Of a DNA stretch of 64,000 nt, positions 44,284-52,100 are shown piece after piece (position 1 is the stretch's first letter; each line of letters begins with the position of its first letter). The notes beneath the pieces were generated by a model, which was given only the letters and a program-made list of their open reading frames with translations, was not told the DNA's origin and did not search any database. This DNA is from an uncultured Candidatus Saccharibacteria bacterium. Lineage in GTDB: Bacteria; Patescibacteriota; Minisyncoccia; Minisyncoccales; JAGMDC01. A program made the position numbers and the translations under genes. The stretch spans positions 510 through 64,509 of the forward strand of contig CAZTQA010000001.1 in NCBI GenBank assembly GCA_964615205.1, written 5' to 3'.

Positions 44284-44321
44284 ATCAAAAAGGCCAGATT
44301 TTCATCTGACCTTCCCTTTTT
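44284..44321. terminator. Bidirectional hairpin terminator (rplT on the minus strand, 43984 unit on the plus strand)
   Basis: GGCCAGAT-TTTC-ATCTGACC, flanked by an A-run on the left and a T-run on the right. The minus-strand RNA pairs fully (one G-U); the plus-strand RNA has one C-A mismatch. Confidence 0.7.
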
Positions 44322-44667
44322 ATTCCTTGGATTTCTCCACTATTTTTTTGAAAACTTCAGGTTTGGTTTGGGCTAATTGAGCTAATATTTTTCTATCCAG
44401 CTCAATCTTGTTTTTCTTCAAACCAGCTATAAATCTGCTATAAGTTATGCCTTGTTCTCGACAAGCAGCATTGATTTTGATTTGCCAGAGCTGTCTAAAG
44501 TTTCTTTTCTTTGTTCTGCGGTCTCGATAAGCATAAGACCAAGCATGAGCTAAGGCATCTTTAGCTGCTTTGTATTTTGTTTTTCTTCCCCACCTAAAAC
44601 CTTTGGCGTGTTTCAAAATATTTTTTCTGCGTTTATGAGCAGTTGTCCCTCTTTTTACCCTAACCAT
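44320..44667 (-). CDS. rplT: 50S ribosomal protein L20
   Basis: MVRVKRGTTAHKRRKNILKHAKGFRG-like N-terminus, 115 aa, in the infC-rpmI-rplT order. Confidence 0.95.
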   Translation of the reverse strand: MVRVKRGTTAHKRRKNILKHAKGFRWGRKTKYKAAKDALAHAWSYAYRDRRTKKRNFRQLWQIKINAACREQGITYSRFIAGLKKNKIELDRKILAQLAQTKPEVFKKIVEKSKE

Positions 44668-44837
44668 TTTTTTATCTTTTTAGTTTCCCATTTAGAAAGA
44701 TTAACCCATTTTCTGGATTCTCTTTTCTGTTTGCCGGATTTTTTTGCTCTTTGGTGATCCTGGCCGCAGGGCCGACGCAAAATCTTTCCGGTTTTGGTAA
44801 TTTTGAATCTTTTAGTTAAAGCTTTTCTTGTTTTCAT
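44655..44837 (-). CDS. rpmI: 50S ribosomal protein L35
   Basis: MKTRKALTKRFKITKTGKILRR, 60 aa. Confidence 0.9.
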   Translation of the reverse strand: MKTRKALTKRFKITKTGKILRRPCGQDHQRAKKSGKQKRESRKWVNLSKWETKKIKKWLG

Positions 44838-44838
44838 A

Positions 44839-45351
44839 TTATTTTTTTGAGATAATCATTGTCAATCCTCGGGCTTCTTTTTTTAAACCTCTTTCTACCT
44901 TAAATTCTACAAGTGCACTCAGCATTTCTTTGAATTTATTTGTTTTCTCTCTGGCAAAATCCTGTAGGGCTTTCTCTCTTCCTCTTAGGCGCATCTCAAT
45001 TCTTACTTTATTGCCTTCTTTCAAAAATTTTTCAGCTTGCTTAACCCGTGTTTCCATATCATGAGGAGAAATGTTAAAGCTTAGCTTTATGCCTTTCATT
45101 TCTCCGCCCTTTTGTTTCTTGGCGGATTTTCTTTCCTGTTTTTTTTCTAGATACTGGTATTTCCCATAATCCATTATTTTACAAACCGGAACATCCAATT
45201 TTTCCGTTACCTGAATTAAATCTAAATTGCGCTCCCGAGCTATGTGGAGCGCTTCCTCCAAATTTAAAACACCCAAGTTTTTGCCGCTTTCATCAATTAC
45301 TCTAACTTGTTTAGCCCTTATTCCATTGTTGACAAATGTTCTTTTAAACAA
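44839..45351 (-). CDS. infC: Translation initiation factor IF-3 (TTG start; the ORF-track N-terminus is spurious)
   Basis: VNNGIRAKQVRVIDESGKNLGVL...VCKIMDYGKYQY are IF3 motifs. ORF-track residues 1-21 are encoded by the tmRNA 3' end. The in-frame TTG at 45351 gives 170 aa, the normal IF3 size. Confidence 0.85.
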   Translation of the reverse strand: MFKRTFVNNGIRAKQVRVIDESGKNLGVLNLEEALHIARERNLDLIQVTEKLDVPVCKIMDYGKYQYLEKKQERKSAKKQKGGEMKGIKLSFNISPHDMETRVKQAEKFLKEGNKVRIEMRLRGREKALQDFAREKTNKFKEMLSALVEFKVERGLKKEARGLTMIISKK

Positions 45352-45358
45352 TTTTCTG

Positions 45359-45705
45359 TGGAGATGAGGAGAATTGAACTCCTGTCCAGAAACTTCCCTA
45401 AGATATTTCGACAAGCTTAAAAAGTTTTGCCTCTTTTTCTTAACAGCTATTCGAGGCGGGATAGCTGTCTATCTCGATAATATGACACCTTCCTTATTTA
45501 TCGAGAGTCAATAAAGAAGATGGCATTACGATTAAACGTAAGCAGGAACTAATCCAGCTACGCCGCCGCCAAAGGCATTGGCAAAAGCTGCTTTAGTTTT
45601 AGAAATTAAGTTGGCGCTTATTTCTTTTTCCCAAAGTTTAACGAGGTTTGAGAAAACTCGGCTTGCATACCTTAGTTCAGATTCCTGTCTATGCCTTTCA
45701 TCCCC
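45359..45705 (-). ncRNA. ssrA: tmRNA (SsrA)
   Basis: 5' GGGGATG pairs with 3' CATCTCC, including the G3-U70 Ala identity pair, followed by discriminator A. T-arm GGAC-AGGAG-TTCAATT-CTCCT matches E. coli GGAC-GCGGG-TTCAACT-CCCGC. Internal tag frame ends ...GGGVAGLVPAYV-TAA. Located directly downstream of smpB. Confidence 0.88.
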
Positions 45706-46141
45706 GTAAAATTCTTTGTTTTTCTCTTTCAAATTCGCGTTTCTTTATTTTTTCCCTTTTATCAATTTCTCTTTTTCCTTTGCCTAATCCAAATAAAAGC
45801 TTTACTTTCGTATTCTTAGTATACACCTTTAAAGGCATCAAAGTCAAGCCCTTTTGTTTGATTTTCCCAATCAATGATTTAATTTCTGATTTAGTTAGAA
45901 GCAGTTTGCGAGAGCGTTCAGGATTATAATCTTTGGGAGCGTTTTTAGGCTGGTAGGGAGGAATATTGGCGCCGATTAAGAATAATTCTTCATTTTTAAA
46001 AACTACATAAGCTCCTTTTAGGCTAATATGGCCGGTTTTAATAGATTTTACTTCTTGACCATTCAAAACCATACCTGCTTCGTAGGTATCTAAAATTTCA
46101 TAATCATAGTAAGCCTTTTTATTTTCAGCCAACACTTTCAT
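45698..46141 (-). CDS. smpB: SsrA-binding protein SmpB
   Basis: NKKAYYDYEILDTYEAGMVLNGQEVKS...LLLTKSEI... is typical SmpB. The stop TGA lies inside the tmRNA 5' end GGGGATGA. Confidence 0.95.
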   Translation of the reverse strand: MKVLAENKKAYYDYEILDTYEAGMVLNGQEVKSIKTGHISLKGAYVVFKNEELFLIGANIPPYQPKNAPKDYNPERSRKLLLTKSEIKSLIGKIKQKGLTLMPLKVYTKNTKVKLLFGLGKGKREIDKREKIKKREFEREKQRILRG

Positions 46142-46299
46142 TAATTTAGTTTAGCAACTTTGAAATTATTTGACAAACTTTTTGATTGGTTTATGATTAT
46201 TATGATCTTTTAAAATTGAAAATGATTAATGAAAAAGGGGAAATAAAAGAAAAAGCTTAGAGGTCTTTATAACAAAAGGATAACAAGTTTCTGTGAATG

Positions 46300-46451
46300 T
46301 GTTATACTCTTTCAAATAAAGGAGGGAATTATCTCTGAATGCAGAAATCCACCCCTGATAGATGATCCAGTGATAAAAGTGGAGAACGTGGAATTATCAT
46401 TTCAAACAGAATTAACGAAATAAATAGGCGAACCAGTTCGCCTTCTTTTTT
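46300..46451 (+). other. Stand-alone short transcription unit A (candidate sRNA or micropeptide)
   Basis: TGtTATACT extended -10 (46300-46308), AAGGAGGG, no good AUG ORF (only MQKSTPDR*), then a strong terminator AGGCGAA-CCAG-TTCGCCT followed by TCTTTTTT (46426-46451). Confidence 0.3.
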
Positions 46452-46462
46452 GCGCGTTACTA

Positions 46463-46491
46463 TTGACAAATAATAAAAAAAGTTATATTAT
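46463..46491 (+). promoter_or_regulatory. Sigma70-like promoter of cassette B
   Basis: TTGACA (46463-46468), 17-nt spacer, TATTAT. Contains the shared AAGTTATA block. Confidence 0.5.
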
Positions 46492-46510
46492 ATTATTGGA
46501 GGTGAGAGAC

Positions 46511-46702
46511 ATGAAAAGATATATACTTTTGGCTGTTCTGCTTGGTTTGGGTTCTTTGATAGCAAGTATTGCGTGGAACAACGTTTATCTAACGAGCTCA
46601 GGTTTTCTATTCCTCTGTTTGCCCATACCGATGTATATGGCAAAGAGAAAAAGTATGCCAGATTGCTTAAGAAGATATTGTCCAAGCGGAAATAATTTTT
46701 AA
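46511..46702 (+). CDS. Small two-helix membrane protein (63 aa), cassette B
   Basis: SD GGAGGTGAG, start MKRYILLAVLLGLGSLIASIAW (ORF track starts upstream at 46463). Followed by GCGG...CCGC hairpin plus T-run. Confidence 0.5.
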   Translation: MKRYILLAVLLGLGSLIASIAWNNVYLTSSGFLFLCLPIPMYMAKRKSMPDCLRRYCPSGNNF

Positions 46703-46739
46703 AGCGGTAGACTAATGCCGCCTTATTTTTTTAAATTTG

Positions 46740-46768
46740 TTGACATGTAAACAAGAGAAAGTTATACT
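46740..46768 (+). promoter_or_regulatory. Sigma70-like promoter of cassette C
   Basis: TTGACA (46740-46745), 17-nt spacer, TATACT (46763-46768). Confidence 0.55.
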
Positions 46769-46787
46769 CTTTAAGAGGAGGAAAAAG

Positions 46788-46967
46788 ATGAAAAAGTACC
46801 CGATCGATATGCTGATAATTATAGTAGCAGCGATTGCTTGTTATATACTAGTGATAATCGGACTAGAGACAAATATTTATCTCTGTCCAATCGGTCTAGG
46901 GATATTGGCTTTCGGTGTTTTTATAGCTGCTTTGTTTGATGTGATAACCCAGCCCTCGAGTTATTAA
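46788..46967 (+). CDS. Small two-helix membrane protein (59 aa), cassette C
   Basis: SD GAGGAGG, start MKKYPIDMLIIIVAAIACYILVIIG (ORF track starts at 46737). Terminator AAGCGG-TTTTTGTG-CCGCTT plus T-run at 46966-46991. Confidence 0.5.
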   Translation: MKKYPIDMLIIIVAAIACYILVIIGLETNIYLCPIGLGILAFGVFIAALFDVITQPSSY

Positions 46968-47022
46968 GCGGTTTTTGTGCCGCTTTTTTTATTGCTGAAC
47001 CAGGTTTAACTATTTAAATAGT

Positions 47023-47050
47023 TGACTTTTTTATTTTAAAAGTTATCCTG
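47023..47050 (+). promoter_or_regulatory. Sigma70-like promoter of cassette D
   Basis: TTGACT, 16-nt spacer, TATCCT, with the shared AAGTTAT block. Confidence 0.45.
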
Positions 47051-47067
47051 AAATTAGGAGATTAAAG

Positions 47068-47433
47068 ATGAATAAAGAATTAGCGCTTTCGCTGAGGGTT
47101 ATGTCTAGTTTATTGCTTTGGCCAGGGGCTCTCTGGATAATGATTTCTGTGGGATTACTGCTATTTCTGTGTTACGATTTCAGCGGAACAATGCTTGAAG
47201 ACATGTATCTTTCCTACGGAATGAATCTGCACCTATTTATAGTAGCAATAGCAATGGTGATTATTGCAACTATAGGAGATTTTTACAGTCATATCAAGAC
47301 ATATCTAATGTACCGTAGAGATAGTGAAGCTGCTTATTTAACGGGAAATGCACGTTTGTGCTTGAGAAGTAACGGTAGAATATGCTATAAGGTTGGAAGG
47401 AGAGCCAAGTCAAGCAAAATGGTACTAAAGTAA
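47068..47433 (+). CDS. Membrane protein (121 aa) with basic C-terminal tail, cassette D
   Basis: SD AGGAG. Three hydrophobic segments, then an RRDSEAAYLTGNARLCLRSNGRICYKVGRRAKSSK tail. Hairpin GGTACTAA...TTAGTACC plus T-run overlaps the stop (about 47421-47457). Confidence 0.5.
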   Translation: MNKELALSLRVMSSLLLWPGALWIMISVGLLLFLCYDFSGTMLEDMYLSYGMNLHLFIVAIAMVIIATIGDFYSHIKTYLMYRRDSEAAYLTGNARLCLRSNGRICYKVGRRAKSSKMVLK

Positions 47434-47497
47434 AAATAAACTTAGTACCTTTTTTTTAGCTATTTATTTTTAAGGGAAAATAAGTTAAAGTTTAATA

Positions 47498-49087
47498 ATG
47501 GATACCATTAGAGGAGAAATAAGAAGAGTAGTTCAGGAAGCAGTAAAAAAAGAATGGCCCAAAATAAGATTGGATGAAGTTTTAGTTGAAGTTCCGGAAA
47601 ATAATAAATATGGGGACTATTCAAGCAATATTGCTATGCAATTGGCAAGACAAGTCAAAGAAGAGCCACTAAAAATAGCAGAAATTTTACAGAAAGAAAT
47701 GCTAAATACTAAATATAAGATACAAGATACATTCGAGAAAATTGAATTATCAGAGCCGGGATTTATAAACTTTTTTGTATCCAAAGAATATTTACAAAAT
47801 CAGGTTAAAGAGATTTTAAGACAAAAAGAGAAATTCGGGCACTTAAAGATTGGCAAGAATAAAAAAATAAATATAGAATTTATTTCTGCCAATCCCACTG
47901 GTCCTTTAACCATCGGCAATGCTCGAGGCGGAGTTTTTGGAGATGTCTTAGGAAATGTTTTTAGGGTAGCTGGTTATAAAGCGGAGAAAGAATACTATAT
48001 TAATGATTTCGGGAATCAGATTATAGCATTAGGTCATTCTGTTCTAAAAGACAAGGAAACTGTTTATAAAGGAGACTATATTAATAAACTTCATAAAAAA
48101 GTAAAAGAAAAAGATGTTTTTAAGGCTGGACAGAAAACAGCCAAAATAATTTTAGAGGAAATGATAAAAAAGACAGTTAAGAGAATGGGTATTCAGTATG
48201 ATAATTGGTTTTGGGAAAGCCAGCTACATAAGAAAAAAGAAGTAGATAAAACAATAGATTTATTGAAAAAGAAAAACTTAGTTTATGAAAAAGATGATGC
48301 TTTCTGGTTTAAATCAAGAAAGTTCCAGGATAACAGAGACAGAGTTTTAATAAAAAAAGACGGGTCTAAGACTTATTTAGCCGGAGATATCGCTTATCAT
48401 AGAGACAAAATTGAAAAGAGAAGATTTGATAAAGTTATAAATGTTTGGGGTGCAGATCATGCTGGTGATGTAGCTGGTTTGAAGGCAGGAGTAGAAGCTT
48501 TGGGATATAAAAATAAAGTTGAGATAGTTTTGCATCAATTTATAACTATTCTGAAAAAAGGAGAAAGACAAAGAATGTCAAAAAGAAAAGGAATCTATTT
48601 TACTATGGATGAATTAATTGAAGAAGTGGGTAAGAATGTTATAAGATTCTTTTTTCTTCAGAAAACGATTAACACTCATTTGAACTTTGATCTGGATTTA
48701 GCCAAGGAAGAGTCAGAAAAGAACCCGGTTTATTATGTTCAATATGCCTATGCTCGAATTTGTTCAATAATTCGCAAATCCGAGAAATCCCAAATCCCAA
48801 ATCCCAAATTTAATTTATTAGAACATCCGAGCGAATTAAAGTTAATTAAACAATTAGTTAGATTTCCGGAAGTAGTTGCAGACGTTTCTAAGGATTATCA
48901 GGTTCAGAAATTGCCGCAATATGCTTTGGATTTAGCCGCAATTTTCCATCAGTTTTATCAAGACTGTCGAGTAATCTCTGATAATAAAAACCTTAGTCAA
49001 TCGCGTCTGGCCCTTATCACGGCCACGAAAATTATTTTTAAAAACAGTTTTGATTTGATGGGTATTTCTGCTCTCCGAAAGATGTAA
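47498..49087 (+). CDS. argS: Arginyl-tRNA synthetase
   Basis: SANPTGPLTIGNARG (HIGH-region equivalent), GADH, MSKRKG, anticodon-binding C-terminal domain. Confidence 0.9.
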   Translation: MDTIRGEIRRVVQEAVKKEWPKIRLDEVLVEVPENNKYGDYSSNIAMQLARQVKEEPLKIAEILQKEMLNTKYKIQDTFEKIELSEPGFINFFVSKEYLQNQVKEILRQKEKFGHLKIGKNKKINIEFISANPTGPLTIGNARGGVFGDVLGNVFRVAGYKAEKEYYINDFGNQIIALGHSVLKDKETVYKGDYINKLHKKVKEKDVFKAGQKTAKIILEEMIKKTVKRMGIQYDNWFWESQLHKKKEVDKTIDLLKKKNLVYEKDDAFWFKSRKFQDNRDRVLIKKDGSKTYLAGDIAYHRDKIEKRRFDKVINVWGADHAGDVAGLKAGVEALGYKNKVEIVLHQFITILKKGERQRMSKRKGIYFTMDELIEEVGKNVIRFFFLQKTINTHLNFDLDLAKEESEKNPVYYVQYAYARICSIIRKSEKSQIPNPKFNLLEHPSELKLIKQLVRFPEVVADVSKDYQVQKLPQYALDLAAIFHQFYQDCRVISDNKNLSQSRLALITATKIIFKNSFDLMGISALRKM

Positions 49088-49119
49088 AATTTAAAAAAAT
49101 CTGTTAGTATTTATAATAT

Positions 49120-52100
49120 ATGAACATTAATTTTCCTCAATTAGAAGATAGAATAATAACGTTTTGGAAAAGAAATAAAATTTTTGATAAATCAATCGAA
49201 AGGCGTAAAAAATCGCCCTATTTTGTTTTTTATGAAGGTCCGCCCACTGCCAACGGAAAACCAGGCATTCATCATCTTGAAGCGCGCGCCTTCAAAGATA
49301 TTATCTGCCGCTACAAAACAATGCAAGGATTTAAAGTTTTAAGAAAAGCAGGCTGGGATACCCATGGCTTGCCAGTGGAGCTGGAAGTAGAAAAGGAATT
49401 AGGTTTAAAAAGCAAAAAAGACATTGAGAAATTCGGTGTGGCTGAATTCAACCAGAAATGCAAAGAATCAGTTTGGAAGTATAAGAAAAATTGGGAAGAT
49501 TTAACTCAAAGAATCGGCTATTGGCTGGATACAGACAATCCCTATATCACTTATGAGAATGATTATATAGAAACAGTTTGGTGGATTTTAAGGCAGATTT
49601 GGAATAAAAAAATGTTATACCAAGATTATAAGGTAGTGCCTTATTGCCCGCGCTGCGGTACTTCGCTTTCTTCTCATGAAGTTGCCCAGGGATACAAGAA
49701 AGTTAAAGAACCGTCAATCTATATCAAATTCAAGATTAAGGATTCAAGATTTAAAAATACTTATTTATTGGTCTGGACGACTACGCCCTGGACTTTACCC
49801 GGCAATACGGCTGTGGCAATTAATCCTGATATTACTTATATTAAAGTTAAATTTAATAAAGAATATCTAATTTTAGCCAAGCAAAGAATAAAGGAATGCG
49901 GAATTGAGGGTGAAATTAAGGAGGAATTTAAAGGGAAAAAGTTAATTGGATTAAAGTACAAACCATTATATGAGGATAAAGCTCCTTATAAAATAATTAA
50001 AGGGGATTTTGTTACTACTGAAGAAGGAACCGGGTTAGTTCATATTGCGCCAGCTTTTGGCGAAGACGATATGAAAGTGGCTAAAGAAAATAATATTTCT
50101 GTTTTAATTACTGTAGATGAACAGGGAAAAATGAAAACATCTGGCTATAAATGGAACAAGCTCTTTATTAAGGAGGCGGATAGTTTAATTATTAATGAGT
50201 TAGCCAACAGAAATTTACTTCTTAAACAAGAACTTTACGAGCATGATTATCCCTTTTGCTGGAGATGTAAAACTCCCTTAATCTATTACGCTAAAAAATC
50301 TTGGTTCATCAAAACAACTAAGATTAAAAAAGAACTAATTAAAAACAATCAGGAAATAAATTGGATTCCGAATAATTTAAAACAAGGCAGGTTTGGTGAA
50401 TGGCTCAAAGAATTAAAAGACTGGGCAGTTTCCAGGGAAAGGTATTGGGGAACGCCTCTACCTGTTTGGCAGTGCCAGAAATGCGGTTATGAGGAATGCA
50501 TCGGCTCTAAAAAGGATTTATTAGAACAAGAATTCACCACTAATCATTATTTTGTTTTGCGGCATGGAGAAACTGAATGCTATAAAAAAGGGGTTCTTAA
50601 TTATAAAGATAGGGGGGCTAATTGTCCCTTAACTCAATATGGACAAGAACAGATTGAAAAAGTTGCTAAGAAAATAAAAAATAAAAAAATAGATTTAATT
50701 TTTTCATCTGATTTTTTTCGTACTAGGCAAACAGCTGAAATTATTTCTCAGAAATTAAGGATTAAGTCTCAATACGATTCTCGCTTGAGAGAAGTTAATC
50801 TGGGTATTTTTCACGGTGAGAATATTAAAAAATACTGGCAGAATTGGCAATCTAGAGTAGAGAAATTTAAAGAGAGAGCGCCAAAAGGGGAAAGTTATCT
50901 TGAGGTTAAAAAAAGAATGGCTGATTTTATTAAAGAAACAGATAGGAAATATAAGAATAAAAATATATTAATTATTAGTCACGGCGGCCCTATTTGGATG
51001 TTAGAAGTTTTAATGAAAGGTTTATCAAATGAGCAAAGTTTAGGGTACTGGACCAAAAGAGCAATTGAAGTCGGCGAATTAAGAGAAATAGAATTTAAAA
51101 AATTGTCTTATAATAATGATTTGAATTTAGATTTTCACCGGCCTTATCTTGATCAGGTAGAATTTCTTTGTCCTGAGTGCCATAATCTGATGAAAAGAGT
51201 TCCAGAAGTAATCGACTGCTGGTTTGATTCCGGGGCAATGCCTTTTGCCCAGTATCATTATCCTTTTGAGAAAGAAAAATTCAAGAGCCAGTTTCCCGCC
51301 GATTATATTTCTGAAGCTATTGACCAAACCAGAGGCTGGTTTTACACGCTTTTAGCTATTTCAACCTCGCTTAACCTTAAAAGCCCTTATAAAAATGTAA
51401 TTTCTTTAGGCCATGTTTTAGATGAAAAAGGAGAAAAGATGTCAAAATCAAAAGGCAATGTAGTTGATCCCTGGGATGTTGTTGAAAAAGACAGCGCTGA
51501 TGCAGCTCGTTGGTATTTCTACACCATTAATCAGCCCGGAGACGCCAAGCTTTTTGCAGAAAAAGATGTTAATACGGCTTTAAAGAAATTTATTTTGACG
51601 TATTACAATATATATGTCTTTTTTACTACTTATGCCGACAAAAAGGAAAAAACTAAAAGTAAGCATGTTTTGGATAAGTGGATTTTATCGCGCTTGAATA
51701 ATTTGATTTTAGAAACCACTAGTAAATTAGACAAATATGATGTTGTTTCAGCAGCCAGAACCATAGAAGATTTCGTTATTAATGATTTATCTTTATGGTA
51801 TGTCAGGCGATCAAGGAAAAGATTTCAAGAAGCTGCATCAACTTTAGAATTTGTTTTATTAACTTTGAGCAGATTAACGGCGCCCTTTGTTCCCTTTATA
51901 TCAGAAGAAATCTATAAAGACATTTCCAATAAAGAATCTGTACACTTGGAAGATTGGCCCAAAGCCAATAAAAAATTGATTAATAAAAAATTAGAAGAAG
52001 AAATGAAACAAGTTAGAGAAATAGTAACTGAAGGATTAAGCCAAAGAGCCAAGGCTGGAATTAAAGTTCGCCAACCCTTAGGCAAACTGGAAATAACTAA

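Noticed and set aside
43814-44288. Minus-strand ORFs 43814..44131 and 43908..44288
   Set aside because: They overlap the polX 3' end and the purine-rich unit in antisense. They are pyrimidine-rich shadow frames (Ser/Leu/Phe-rich), and they run into the rplT terminator from the wrong side.
43950-44290. Possibility that this purine-rich segment is the RNase P RNA
   Set aside because: There are loose resemblances (GAGGAAACTGTCGGG vs GAGGAAAGTCCGGGC; GACTGTAAGATAACAAATCTTGAGTTTTC vs GACUGUCCACGACAGAACCCGGCUUAUC). However, I could not form a P4 helix between the two candidate strands, and the order of the other conserved regions does not fit. The region is kept only as an unassigned protein-or-RNA unit that needs a covariance-model scan.
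45352-45414. N-terminal 21 residues of the ORF-track infC (MSKYLREVSGQEFNSPHLHRK)
   Set aside because: These codons are the tmRNA T-arm and acceptor 3' strand (GGACAGGAGTTCAATTCTCCTCATCTCCA). IF3 homology starts after the in-frame TTG at 45351.
45532-45732. 66-aa minus-strand ORF (MKEKNKEFYGDERHRQ...GLVPAYV) listed in the ORF track
   Set aside because: It lies entirely within the tmRNA and the smpB 3' end. Its C-terminal part is simply the tmRNA tag reading frame. It is not an independent protein gene.
48778-48805. Tandem AAATCCC x3 inside argS
   Set aside because: It is a short in-frame repeat encoding SQIPNPKF in a variable loop. It is too short and too isolated to be a functional repeat element.
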